The notes under the pieces: model-generated
Seen by the model: the letters and a program-made list of their open reading frames with translations, nothing else
Told to the model about the DNA's origin: nothing
Databases searched by the model: none
Shown: in pieces, positions 49,386 through 62,330 of the stretch
Layout of the letters: each line of letters begins with the position of its first letter
Position numbering within the stretch: the first letter of the stretch is position 1
Translations under genes and position numbers: made by a program
NCBI GenBank assembly: GCA_002269645.1
Contig: NIVC01000440.1
Coordinates: forward strand, 474,447 to 538,446
Reading direction: 5' to 3'
DNA from: Macrostomum lignano
Taxonomy: Eukaryota
DNA: 64,000 nucleotides

Positions 49386-50224
49386 GCTACAGTGACTGAT
49401 ATAGGCTATGAGAGAAACAGTAAAGAAGGAAAACGTACAGCACTAATCCAAGTTAAACTGCCTGCGTCTGCAACAGGGAAGTGTTTATTCAAACTCTAGG
49501 CGCAATCTAATCACTAAAAGCGCATTGACTACTGCGAGTAGAGAAACATTTCGATTAGAAGCTTATCAAATCGCAACAAAAGAAAACAGACAAAAGCGGA
49601 GGAACAGTTTTTCTGTTATTTTTTTCTTCAAAACAAAAATCGAGGACGAGGTTTGAGGGACAGCAGATTATGCAAAAAAATGAATTATACCTCTCAGCTA
49701 AATAGAGCTAAAGAGTTAAATAGCAGTAACAAAGCAAAACTGAAAATGAATTTAACTGTGATTGGTTATACAGAAGCAACGGTAGGTATCTGCAGCAATG
49801 ACTCTGGGGTCTTAGAGTCGTACCTGAGGCGTGCCGGAGTCGCTGCAGAATCACTGAGTTGCGTCTAAAGCGCACCTGCGTCACTTCATGAATCAGCTGA
49901 ATCGAATTCCGCATTTAAAACCCTATTTAGTCTACTAGAGTTAGTAGAAAGTTAAGCGTTAAAACAGCGATTATTAGACGACTTTTTTTGCGACTCTTAC
50001 GATTCTGCAACTCACACTATGCGCTCGGGACTCAACAGTCGCCTCTCTGTCGCATTTCAGTCGTTTGAGTCGGTAAAAAGTCACCAGAGTCACCCCAGAG
50101 TCGCTAGTGAGTTGTTTGCAATGACTCTAGCGTTACTTGTCACGATAACGTTTTTAACTCAATAAGCACAGGGCCAGTCATAAATAACGGTCATAAGCTT
50201 AGGGTCATGATGCATGTACATGCA

Positions 50225-50810
50225 AGCATTTGGGTCATACTCATACATATCAGTCATAAGCATTTGAGTCATACATATCAGTCATAAGCATTTGAGTCAT
50301 ACATATCAGTCATAAGCATTTGAGTCATACATATCAGTCATAAGCATTTGAGTCATACATATAAGTCATAAGCATTTGAGTCATACTCATACATATCAGT
50401 CATAAGAATTGAGTCATACTCATACAAATCAGTCATAAGAATTGAGTCATACTTATACAAATCAGTCATAAGAATTGAGTCATACTCATACAAGGCAGTC
50501 ATAAGCATTTGAGTCATACTCATACATATAAGTCATAAGCATTGAGTCATTCAAATTGACTCATACAAATCAGTCATAAGCTTTTGAGTCATACTCATAC
50601 AAATCAGTCATAAGAATTGAGTCATACTCATACAAGGCAGTCATAAGCATTTGAGTCATACTCATACATATAAGTCATAAGCATTGAGTCATTCGAATTG
50701 ACTCATACAAATCAGTCATAAGAATTGAGTCATACTCATACAAATCAGTCATAAGAATTGAGTCATACTCATACAAATCAGTCATAAGAATTGAGTCATA
50801 CTCATACATA
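50225..50810. repeat. ~27-33-bp minisatellite
   Basis: CAGTCATAAGCATTTGAGTCATAC(TCATAC)A variants. Confidence 0.88.
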
Positions 50811-51334
50811 TCGACCTGGGGTAAAAACTCAATTATTTAATAGCACAAATAGTTTAAAACAACCTTTAGCTGACAGAGATGAGTAATAAGAAAATTAATA
50901 AGATAATTAATGATTGATGCATATTTGCAGGAACAACTTACACAATAGAGTTGAAACATAAGCTGGAATATGAGTTATTAATTACAAAATGAATTTTATA
51001 CATACCTGTAACGCGAAGAAGTGAAGGTCCTACAGCTCAGAGTTGAGGATAGGAATCTCGTTAAAAACGATATACCATGACGCAGTTCTAAATATAGAAT
51101 GGAAACTATTACACAGAGTGGCAAAAGTGATAAACAACAATCATAGAACAGGTTATTAAAAATTATTAGATAGTACAATGATTTAGCCAGAAAAACAGGC
51201 TTTATATTTATTGCTTTATTCGATGCAGCCCAGTCAAAAACAGATGAATACATTTTTATACCCTCAGCTAACTCTAGTGCAGGCGACTGTTAGTTAAAAT
51301 CTTAAAGCAGTACTCTTCATTTATGTCAAGGGTG

Positions 51335-52637
51335 CTGCAGCCCTACCTCTAGCCGTGTCTAGGGTGCTGCTGCACTCCCTCTAGCCTTATCTAGGGTGCT
51401 GCTGCCCTCCCTCTAGCCGTGTCTATGGTGCTGCTGCCCTCCCTCTAGCCTTATCTAGGGTGCTGCTGCCCTCCCTCTAGCCGTGTCTAGGGTGCTGCTG
51501 CCCTCCCTCTAGCCGTGTCTAGGGTGCTGCTGCCCTCCCTCTAGCCGTGTCTAGGGTGCTGCTGCCCTCCCTCTAGCCGTGTCTAGGGGGGGCTGCTGCC
51601 CTCCCTCTAGCCGTGTCTAGGGGGGGCTGCTGCCCTCCCTCTAGCCTTATCTAGGGTGCTGCTGCCCTCCCTCTAGCCTTATCTAGGGTGCTGCTGCCCT
51701 CCCTCTAGCCGTGTCTAGGGTGCTGCTGCCCTCCCTCTAGCCGTGTCTAGGGTGCTGCTGCCCTCCCTCTAGCCGTGTCTAGGGTGCTGCTGCCCTCCCT
51801 CTAGCCTTATCTAGGGTGCTGCTGCCACCCTCTAGCCTTATCTAGGGTGCTGCTGCCCTCCCTCTAGCCGTGTCTAGGGTGCTGCTGCCCTCCCTCTAGC
51901 CGTGTCTAGGGTGCTGCTGCCCTCCCTCTAGCCGTGTCTAGGGGGGCTGCTGCCCTCCCTCTAGCCTTATCTAGGGTGCTGCTGCCCACCCTCTAGCCTT
52001 ATCTAGGGTGCTGCTGCCCTCCCTCTAGCCGTGTCTAGGGTGCTGCTGCCCTCCCTCTAGCCGTGTCTAGGGGGGCTGCTGCCCTCCCTCTAGCCTTATC
52101 TAGGGTGCTGCTGCCCACCCTCTAGCCTTATCTAGGGTGCTGCTGCCCTCCCTCTAGCCGTGTCTAGGGTGCTGCTGCCCTCCCTCTAGCCGTGTCTATG
52201 GTGCTGCTGCCCTCCCTCTAGCCTTATCTAGGGTGCTGCTGCCCACCCTCTAGCCGTGTCTAGGGGGGGCTGCTGCCCTCCCTCTAGCCGTGTCTAGGGT
52301 GCTGCTGCCCTCCCTCTAGCCGTGTCTAGGGTGCTGCTGCCCTCCCTCTAGCCGTGTCTAGGGTGCTGCTGCCCTCCCTCTAGCCGTGTCTATGGTGCTG
52401 CTGCCCTCCCTCTAGCCGTGTCTAGGGGGGGCTGCTGCCCTCCCTCTAGCCTTATCTAGGGTGCTGCCCTCCCTCTAGCCTTATCTAGGGTGCTGCTGCC
52501 CTCCCTCTAGCCTTATCTAGGGTTCTGCTGCCCTCCCTCTAGCCTTATCTAGGGTTCTGCTGCCCTCCCTCTAGCCTTATCTAGGGTGCTGCTGCCCTCC
52601 CTCTAGCCGTATCTAGGGTTCTGCTGCCCTCCCTCTG
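51335..52637. repeat. 32-bp minisatellite, ~40 copies
   Basis: CCGTGTCTAGGGTGCTGCTGCCCTCCCTCTAG repeats. Confidence 0.95.
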
Positions 52638-52766
52638 GTCTTTGCTGAACCAGTTGAAAAAAAGTTTGCCAAAGCTTGCATTAGCGAGGGAATGCCAGGT
52701 TAGTTTTTTTGTTTAAAATTTCAAACAAAATAAAGGCAGATAAAAAACACTCGTGAACAAAACCGG

Positions 52767-55700
52767 TCAGGTGTAAATCTCGGCAAACAGAGGCGTGGGA
52801 CTCTGACTGCTCAGGGAGGCGAAGAGCTTGGAGAGCGACTCTTCAAACGTCTTGGACCATTCAAACAGGATGCAAAGCTCTCGCATCTTCGGCTGCCATC
52901 TGTCATCAAATTTGGCAATAAAAGCGTGCCTAGTAACCTTGGCCAGCCGCATGAACATGTCGAATGCCAGCTGTTCAATGTCCTCAGGCAGTTCGTCCTT
53001 CTCCGTCGAGGACAGATCGAATAGTTTCATCAGGGTGAACAGGGCGATGAGGCCGACGTCGCTGCCTGTCACCTTGTGAATGTATTCAAAGTACCGATCG
53101 TTGGACGAGACGGCCGAGAGGCCGGGCATGAACGACCTGTCCAAGTTTCGGATGCTCTTATTCGGGTCCACGGTGTACGTCTTGCCGTCGATGCTCACCG
53201 ACATCTGGCGCTTGCTGGGATCGAACTTTAGACTGAACAGCGGCACCAGCACTGAGTGAATGCGGCGCTTTACCAGCAGCACCTGGGTTGGAGGCGTAAG
53301 ATCTCATCTAGAGACTAGATCTGTGTCTATGGGCTAGATCTCATCTAGAGACTAGATCTGTGTCTATGGGCTAGATCTCATCTAGAGACTAGATCTGTGT
53401 CTATGGGCTAGATCTCATCTAGAGACTAGATCTGTGTCTATGGGCTAGATCTCATCTAGAGACTAGATCTGTGTCTATGGGCTAGATCTCATCTAGAGAC
53501 TAGATCTGTGTCTATGGGCTAGATCTCATCTAGAGACTAGATCTGTGTCTATGGGCTAGATCTCATCTAGAGACTAAATCTCTGTCTATAGGCTAGGTCT
53601 TATCTAGAGATTAGATCTGTCTATGGACTAGATCTCATCTGGAGACTAGATCTCTGTCTATGGGCTAGGTCTTATATAGAGACTAGATCTATGTCTATGG
53701 GCTAGATCTCTTCTAGGGACTAGATCTGTCTATGGACTAGATCTATATTTATGGACTAAATCTCATCTGGATACTATAGATCTGTCTATGGGCTAGATCT
53801 CATCTAGAGACTAGATCTATGTCTATGGGCTAGGTCTCATCTAGAGACTAGATCTATGTCTATGGGCTAGGTCTCATCTAGAGACTAGATCTATGTCTAT
53901 GGGCTAGGTCTCATCTAGAGACCAGATCTATGTTTATGGACTAGATTCTCATCTAGAGGCTAGATTAGGAGCTCAACAAGATTTTTGGCTAAATGGATCA
54001 ATACACTAGGCGATAATTATAATTATAATGTATAATATGGGTTACTAATAGAATAATCCGCACGGGCTACCCTTAACTATCTGATTTCTAGGTAAATACA
54101 AAAGCTATTAGAAATAGAATTCCAGGTGGAATTCACAACTTACCGAATGCTCGGGCCTCCATTCCGTCATCTGTTTAAAGAAATCAGTGGCTAGAAAGGT
54201 CTTGCAGAAGCTGACAGCCGGCTGAATAAAGATCTCCAACTGGCTGATCATCTCCTTCCAGTCATTGAGCTGCTCGGAGAGGCCTTGGGACAGGTCGTGG
54301 CTGAGTTGAAACGGAACCGACATGTCGGCACTGGTGCAGCTCTCCAATATGTTGCCGATTTGGGCTAGAAATTCGCCTTCAATCTGGGTGCGATCCTCGC
54401 CGTAGTAATTTACTACCTGGCGTGGTTGGGAAATTAATGCTGCGTTATGGAATCTGAGAGCTCTGACTAGGTGCTCCTTTTAGAGGTGGTCCTATGGGCA
54501 ATTCTAGATGTGGTCCTCTGTGGTCCTCTATGGTGTTCCTCGATGGGCGATTCTAGATGTAGTCCTCTGTGGTCCTCTATGGTGGTCCTCTATGGGCGAT
54601 TCTAGATGTGGTCCTCTATGGGCGATATTAGATGTGGTCCTCTATGGGCGATTCTAAATGTGGTCCTCTATGGGCGATTCTAGATGTGGTCCTCTATGGG
54701 CGATATTAGATGTGGTCCTCTATGGGCGATTCTAAATGTGGTCCTCTATGGGCAATTCTAGATGTGGTCCTAAATGGGCGATTCTAGATGTGGTCCTAAA
54801 TGGACGATTCCAGATGTGGTCCTCTATGGGCGATTCTAGATGTGGTCCTATGGGCGATTCTAGATGTGGTCCTATGGGCGATTCTAGATGTGGTCCTCTA
54901 TAGGCAATTCTAGATGTGGTCCTCAATGGGCAATTCTAGATGTGGTCCTAAATGGGCGATTCTAGATGTGGTCCTAAATGGGCGATTCTAGATGTGGTCC
55001 TCAATGGGCAATTCTAGATGTGGTCCTCAATGGGCAATTCTAGATGTGGTCCTAAATGGGCAATTCTAGATGTGGTCCTCTATGGGCAATTCTAGATGTG
55101 GTCCTCAATGGGCAATTCTAGATGTGGTCCTCTATGGGCGATTCTAGATTTGGTCCTCTATGGGCGATTCTAAATGTGGTCCTCTATGGGCAATTCTAGA
55201 TGTGGTCCTAAATGGGCGATTCTAGATGTGGTCCTAAATGGACGATTCCAGATGTGGTCCTCTATGGGCGATTCTAGATGTGGTCCTATGGGCGATTCTA
55301 GATGTGGTCCTCTATGGGCGATTCTAGATGTGGTCCTCTATGGGCAATTCTAGATGTGGTCCTCAATGGGCAATTCTAGATGTGGTCCTAAATGGGCGAT
55401 TCTAGATGTGGTCCTATGGCCGATTCCAGATGTGGTCCTCTATGGGCGATTCTAGATGTGGTCCTCAATGGGCAATTCTAGATGTGGTCCTAAATGGGCA
55501 ATTCTAGATGTGGTCCTAAATGAGCAATTCTAGATGTGGTCCTCTATGGGCGATTCTAGATGTGGTCCTCAATGGGCAATTCTAGATGTGGTCCTCTATG
55601 GCCGATTCAAGATGTGGTCCTCTATGGCCGATTCTAGATGTGGTCCTCTATGGCCGATTCTAGATGTGGTCCTATGGGCGATTCCAGATGTGGTCCTCTA

Positions 55701-58315
55701 TGGACGATTCAGATGTGGTCCTATGGGCGATTCTAGATGTGGTCCTCTATGGGCGATTCTAGATGTGGTCCTCAATGGGCGATTCTAGATGTGGTCCTCT
55801 ATGGGAAATTCTAGATGTGGTCCTAAATGGGCGATTCTAGATGTGGTCCTCTATGGGAAATTCTAGATGTGGTCCTAAATGGGCGATTCTAGATGTGGTC
55901 CTAAATGGGCAATTCTAGATGTGGTCCTCTATGGGCGATTCTAGATGTGGTCCTCAATGGGCGATTCTAGATGTGGTCCTCTATGGGCGATTCTAGATGT
56001 GGTCCTCAATGGGCGATTCTAGATGTGGTCCTCAATGGGCAATTCTAGATGTGGTCCTCTATGGGCGATTCTAGATGTGGTCCTCTATGGGCGATTCTAG
56101 ATGTGGTCCTCAATGGGCAATTCTAGATGTGGTCCTAAATGGGCGATTCTAGATGTGGTCCTAAATGGGCGATTCTAGATGTGGTCCTCAATGGGCAATT
56201 CTAGATGTGGTCCTCAATGGGCAATTCTAGATGTGGTCCTCAATGGGCAATTCTAGATGTGGTCCTCAATGGGCAATTCTAGATGTGGTCCTCAATGGGC
56301 AATTCTAGATGTGGTCCTCAATGGGCAATTCTAGATGTGGTCCTCTATGGGCGATTCTAGATGTGGTCCTCAATGGGCAATTCTAGATGTGATCCTCTAT
56401 GGGCGATTCTAGATGTGGTCCTCTATGGGCGATTCTAGATTTGGTCCTCAATGGGCGATTCTAGATGTGGTCCTCAATGGGCAATTCTAGATGTGGTCCT
56501 CTATGGGCGATTCTAGATGTGGTCCTCTATGGGCGATTCTAGATGTGGTCCTCTATGGGCGATTCTAGATGTGGTCCTCTATGGGCGATTCTAGATGTGG
56601 TCTCTATGGGCGATTCTAGATGTGGTCCTCTATGGGTGATTCTAGATGTGGTCCTCTATGGACGATTCCAGATGTGGTCCTCTATGGGCGATTCTAGATG
56701 TGGTCCTCAATGGGCAATTCTAGATGTGATCCTCTATGGGCGATTCTAGATGTGGTCCTCTATGGGCGATTCTAGATTTGGTCCTCAATGGGCGATTCTA
56801 GATGTGGTCCTCAATGGGCAATTCTAGATGTGGTCCTCTATGGGCGATTCTAGATGTGGTCCTCTATGGGCGATTCTAGATGTGGTCCTCTATGGGCGAT
56901 TCTAGATGTGGTCCTCTATGGGCGATTCTAGATGTGGTCCTCTATGGGCGATTCTAGATGTGGTCCTCTATGGGTGATTCTAGATGTGGTCCTCTATGGA
57001 CGATTCCAGATGTGGTCCTCTATGGGCGATTCTAGATGTGGTCCTCTATGGGCGATTCTAGATGTGGTCCACTATGGCCGATTCTAGATGTGGTCCTCTA
57101 TGGCCGATTCTAGATGTGGTCCTCTATGGGCGATTCTAGATGTGGTCCACTATGGCCGATTCTAGATGTGGTCCTCTATGGCCGATTCTAGATGTGGTCC
57201 TCTATGGGTGATTCTAGATGTGGTCCTCTATGGACGATTCCAGATGTGGTCCTCTATGGCGATTCTAGATGTGGTCCTCTATGGGCGATTCTAGATGTGG
57301 TCCACTATGGCCGATTCTAGATGTGGTCCTCTATGGCCGATTCTAGATGTGGTCCTCTATGGGCGATTCTAGATGTGGTCCTATGGCCGATTCTAGATGT
57401 GGTCCTCTATGGCCGATCCTAGATGTGGTCCTCTATGGCCGATCCTAGATGTGGTCCTCTATGGCCGATTCTAGATGTGGTCCTCTATGGGCGATTCTAG
57501 ATGTGGTCGTCTATGGCCGATCCTAGATGTGGTCCTCTATGGCCGATTCTAGATGTGGTCCTCTATGGGCGATTCTAGATGTGGTCCTCAATGGGCGATT
57601 CTAGATGTGGTCCTATGGCCGATCCTAGAAGTGTATTTATGGGCGATTCGGAAGGAGGCGATGCTATAGACTGTCTTCAATTTGTTCAGTTTCTTTTAAT
57701 CCGCACTGCTACATGGCGCAATTCTAATATCTGTAAGTTTGTCAAAATTCCAGCAAAACCAACTTTGAGCAGCGCATCCTTCCAGTTATCCACCGGTTTT
57801 GTTGGTATCTCAAAGTCTACAACGCTGCTAGAGCTGCCGCCGCCGCCGCTAGACGCGCTGCTGCCAGCGAAGCCGTCACTTCGTTGTCGCTTAATAGGCG
57901 GTGTTTGATGCTGCTGCTGCTGCTGCGGAGGCGGGCTCTGGCGAAGGCCGGCCCTCAGACAGCACTGATAGCGGCAGGCCCTGCACTGCTTCCTATTAGC
58001 GACGGTGATTTTGCACGCGTTGTCGCCTCTGATGCAGCCGAGCTCCTGGCCGCCGACGGCGCAACGACGGAAGAAGGCCTTGCAGGAGTCGCAGCAGCCG
58101 GCGTCGCCGCTGGCCGGCTCAGTGATGTCGCCGCAGACTGCGCAAGGCCGACCGCCGCCGCTGCCGCTCGCCACTTGAGGATCCAACAGCGGTGGCGGCA
58201 GCGACAACTCTGAGCCCGACACTTTAGCGTCGTCGTCATGGTGTCGCTTTCGAAAAGCAGCAGACGAATAACTGTCTACAGGCTGCCGTGGCTTGCTGCT
58301 TTCATTGTCGCTCAT
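52767..58315 (-). CDS. Nuclear receptor, probably NR1J/HR96-like, 3 exons, 446 aa
   Basis: Exons 57764-58315, 54144-54416 and 52767-53282, all phase 0. The DBD reads CAVC-x13-CDSCKAFFRRC..CIRGDNAC-x9-CRACRYQCCLRAG. An LBD-like IQPAVSFCKTF and an AF-2-like PLFAEIY are present. The subfamily is inferred from the xSCKA P-box. Confidence 0.88.
53297..53960. repeat. 37-bp palindrome-rich minisatellite in NR intron 2
   Basis: TCATCTAGAGACTAGATCTGTGTCTATGGGCTAGATC repeats. Confidence 0.92.
54480..57625. repeat. 26-bp minisatellite, ~120 copies, filling NR intron 1
   Basis: GTGGTCCTCTATGGGCGATTCTAGAT and variants. Confidence 0.95.
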
Positions 58316-59098
58316 ATTTGCTTATTTTGTGCTTATTTAGAGACAGATCTGTCAACAATCCCGAGACGCAGAGGATTAGAGGCATTGTAAGGCATTTAGT
58401 TTTATTACTGTTTAATTAAAAATTCTGCTATGGGGAGCGCAAACATGCGCAACACCAAACCGAGCCGGCCGGCGAGGGCCACAGCCAAGCAAAGTTGCAA
58501 AAATCCACACCCGAAAATGCAAACGTAGTACTAATTAGATGACGAGGCATTTAGCTTTAATAGTACAGTTATAGTTACTTCTGCTGTTTACCAAAAATTA
58601 CGTTAACTTTTACTTAGGACTTTTGCATAGGCAAAAAAGTCTAATGTGCAAAATCATGATGCCAATTTCAAAGTCAGAATTCAATGGCACAAAAACCTCT
58701 TTTTCCTTTTAACAGGACATTAATATTCCTAAAGACCTCTAATACTGAAGATGCAAATGACCTGCTCTGTAGATCATAGCTCATGGTCTAATGGATTATG
58801 AATAATTATGATTCTATTAAAAAAAATCTACATAACCATAGCCACTGCATAATTTTGACACTACCATAGCCTGCAATATAGCAAGCAGATTAGCTTATGC
58901 TTGTAGTAATTAGGGAATAGCATGAAAACAATAATAATTATGATAATTAATTACTAAATTACACCTGCTCGAATGGAAAGATGTGCAACTGACAGCTCAG
59001 CTGCAGCAATTGTGTGGCACATCTTAAGGCTGGGTACAGCTGTTCAGTCCAAGGACTAGGGGTCACCATATGCACCTAAGTTCTTAGGAATTCTAAGT

Positions 59099-59800
59099 GT
59101 GAATCCTGACTTACTAAGACCAGAGACTGCTGCGTTTCTAAAGCAGTTTCTAACTGTTGACTCACTGCAACAGCTTTGCAATTGGACCAATATACAGGTG
59201 TGGTGCAAATTTGATCAGCTACAAGCATTGATGCAACACCTGCCTCACAAGGTTCTTTATGTGGAAAGGTGTGACCATGGATAAGATGAAAGTTTGTTGC
59301 CATGCTTTATATTGGGATAATTAAAAAACCAAAGGTTGTCAATTATTACTAGAGCAAGGATGATTTTTACATAACACCTTATAAAAACTTGCTAAAAAAT
59401 CTAATAGAAATGACCCACTGACAAAGGCATAACCATTTATTACACTATTAAGCATATAGTTAAGAATTTTTGCAATGCATATATGCCAAAAAAGAAATTT
59501 GTGTCAATAAAGATCTAGCCTTATTCAAGGGTTGCATCATTCTATCTCAATACTCTCGTACATTCCCTCTAAGAAAGTACAATAAAGTATCAAACTACTT
59601 TATATTGCTTTTGCAAGACTAGATCTAGTTACATTAGTATACTCTAATAGGGCTAGGAATGAGTGTTTTGGCCAAGGTCTTAGATTAAAGGAGTGAAGGC
59701 TTATCCCTAGGTGAAAAAGTCCTAGTAGAGGCAATTAGGTATATAATGGATTTAGGTTATCATGTCTTTTGCAATAGTTGGTTTAAATCTAAATTGTCTT
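59099..59800 (+). pseudogene. Heavily decayed piggyBac transposase remnant
   Basis: FLKQFLTVDSLQQLCNWTN; ICVNKDLALFKG (compare ICVDES..FKG); GLSLGEKVL...LGYHVFCNSWF (compare GYHV..DNWF). Many stops, and no clear TIRs. Confidence 0.7.
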
Positions 59801-61149
59801 GCAATTTATCTATTGCAGCAAGGCCTTCTGTTGATATACATAGTTTGTGCCAATTATAGTATTCCAGATGGCCTTCATAAATCATAATATCTAGGGAAAC
59901 CAAGCTCCAAACTGTATATTTATGCAAAAAACAGTTAATAAGACAACAATATACTTTTTTTAAATTTCTTAGTACATTTCAATTTTACAATTCGATTAGT
60001 TTTGCTATTAAGCCTAGCCAATATTATTAGCCTAAAAGTTAGCCTTTTCATTATAAATATGGTAACCTAGGCAAATAGGCCTAGTTAATCCCTGTTAATA
60101 ACTATAGCCTATATTAAAGTCTAAAGAAACAAAACAAAAGCTATTATAGTATTTAAAATAAGTCAAATTATTAAGCAATTAGCTTACAATTCCATAGTTA
60201 GAACTATATCATTTTGATATTAATTGTATTGCCTTAGTAATAACTTTAGCAAGCAATCAAAAATATGTGAAATTAAAGAAAAGAATGAAGAACCAAAATA
60301 TATAAGTTAAAAAAAATAAAGAAAAAATTAAGCTGCAACAAAAAATAATTAACAAAAGTTAAAACTATACAAAAATGGCTAAATCTTGTGACCTATTTTT
60401 ATTGTATTTATTTTTAGTATTACGAGTATAAATAGACTATAAAATTATAATAGTAGTATATACACTAATTTTGTATTATTTGTCTATTTGTATATTTGTC
60501 TGTCTTAATTTTTTCTAGACTCATTTGACCATTTTAATTAGCTTTAAATTAGCTTGAAAATTATAGTTTTTGGCGATTTAGTATAACTTTTTAATGAAAA
60601 AATGGAAAGGAAAAAGGTCAAATATTCAAAAAACTATTTTTGAATGCTTTTAATAGGCACTCCATTTTATAATTTAATTGTTTAGTTCAACCATTTAGGC
60701 CTTTTCTTGGCCAATATACAGTGTAAAAAATATATTAACAATAAAGTCAAGTAGTTTTATGACCTTTTGTGCAGTAGGCTTGTAATTTAATTTAATTGTG
60801 GTATTAACATATTGTTATCTTTTGCTATAATCTTTTTTCAATTTTAACTTTTAGCCTATTGCTAAGGTTTGTATAGCGATAACTACAAAATATGTAAATA
60901 ACTCACTGTAATGACTTAGCTTGTAAATTAGATTCAATATATTCAGCAACATTGAAAATTCATCATCATAGAAGATTCCGAGAGTGCAAGTAAAGTCTCT
61001 CAATCTTTGCAAGTGACACAACTTAGCTATGCCGCAGCAGACTTAAGTTGAAGAATGAAGTGGGGGAGCAGTGTATGAGCTAGGGTTGGACAGATTAAAC
61101 TATCCCATGCTCACACACTCTCTTACTTGCTCAAACTCTCAAGTAGAAG

Positions 61150-61430
61150 AGAGAGGAGAGAAGAAGGGAGAGGAGAGATGAAAAGAGTGAGCTAAGAGTG
61201 GAGATTGGAGAGAGGCTGAGAGTGGGAAGAGGCTGAAGAGTAAGCTGAGAATAGAGATTGGAAAGAGGCTAAGAGTGGAGATTGGAGAGAGGCTGAGAGT
61301 AGAGATTGGAGAGAGGCTGAGAGTAGAGATTGGAAAGAGGCTGAGAGTGGAGAGAGGCTAAGAGTGGAGAGAGGCTGAGAGTGAGCTGAGAATGGAGATT
61401 AGAGAGAGGCTGAGAGTGGAGAGAGTCTTA
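61150..61430. repeat. GA-rich degenerate repeat
   Basis: GAGAGGCTGAGAGTGGAGATTG variants. Confidence 0.8.
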
Positions 61431-61507
61431 GGCTGAAAACTTTCCCACTAAGATTTCCTAATCTCCCTTGATCTTGGTTTCATTTCAACTCTATATATGC
61501 ACATGCT

Positions 61508-61860
61508 GTGTGTATAGGATACCCGCTCTCTACTCCCTTTGATGGCCTCAACGCCTTTTTTTGCCTTCCACCTCTGGACATCTTTGTCTGTTGCGAGGCT
61601 GCTAAAATGACCCGCCGGCTCATTGAAGCTGGCATTAGCTTCAAGCCACAAAGAGCGATGGCAAAGTGCAAGCTCCTGCCACACTCTGACCTGTGCCTTA
61701 AAGTTCTGGAGGAGAGTGGGAGTGCGGCTGTCCTGTCGGATGCTGAGCCGCACTCCCTCAGTCTCTACCAACACTTCAAGGTCACGTTCCCCTCCAGGGA
61801 GAACGCCAACAACAGCTGGGCCCCTCAGGAGAATAACTGCTTTACTGACGGATCCTCCGC
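61508..61860 (+). pseudogene. Fragment of an R1/LOA-type ORF2 (post-RT linker to the start of RNase H)
   Basis: STPFDGLNAFFCLPPLDIFVCCEAAK..RRL resembles the post-RT STP..L..LPPLD motif, and FKVTFPSRE..W...NCFTDGS is the first RNase H motif. Confidence 0.7.
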
Positions 61861-62330
61861 ACGCGAAGGTGTATTCAGCACGCCAGTGAAGTATGAGACA
61901 GACCAGGCCTAAGGGCTATGGTCTGCGATGCTTCACGCCTGCCCCTATCTTCAGCAGGTCAAGGCTGGAGAGGGAGGTCTGCACCCGCTATTTGCCGCTG
62001 GCAGCCGCAGACCCCCCCCCTCACGCTGTTTCACAAGTCGACCCAGGGTACTCATCCCCGCGTGTGTTCAAGGCAGACCCTAGGGCTGCTGGACAGACTG
62101 GGCTCCGACGCTGGCGACCTATCCAGTGGCTTCGGCCGAATTTGGGTATGCGGGTCTGGCTTGCCAGCCTGCAGGCCGTGGTACTGCTTAACGTACCCCC
62201 TAATGCCTAAGGTGTTTGACCGTGCCGATGGGCTGGAAGGCCGGGGGGTTGTCCGGTCGCTAGCGGTCCTTTTCTTTTTCTTCTTTCCTCATTCTTTTGT
62301 GACTCAGCTCACTCCTTCCTGCTTTCAGCT

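Noticed and set aside
54480-57625. CRISPR-like appearance of regular arrays
   Set aside because: The units are head-to-tail with no unique spacers, there are no cas genes, and the context is eukaryotic and intronic.
58600-60800. Full piggyBac boundaries with TTAA TSD
   Set aside because: No convincing TIR pair could be read, so only the coding remnant is reported.
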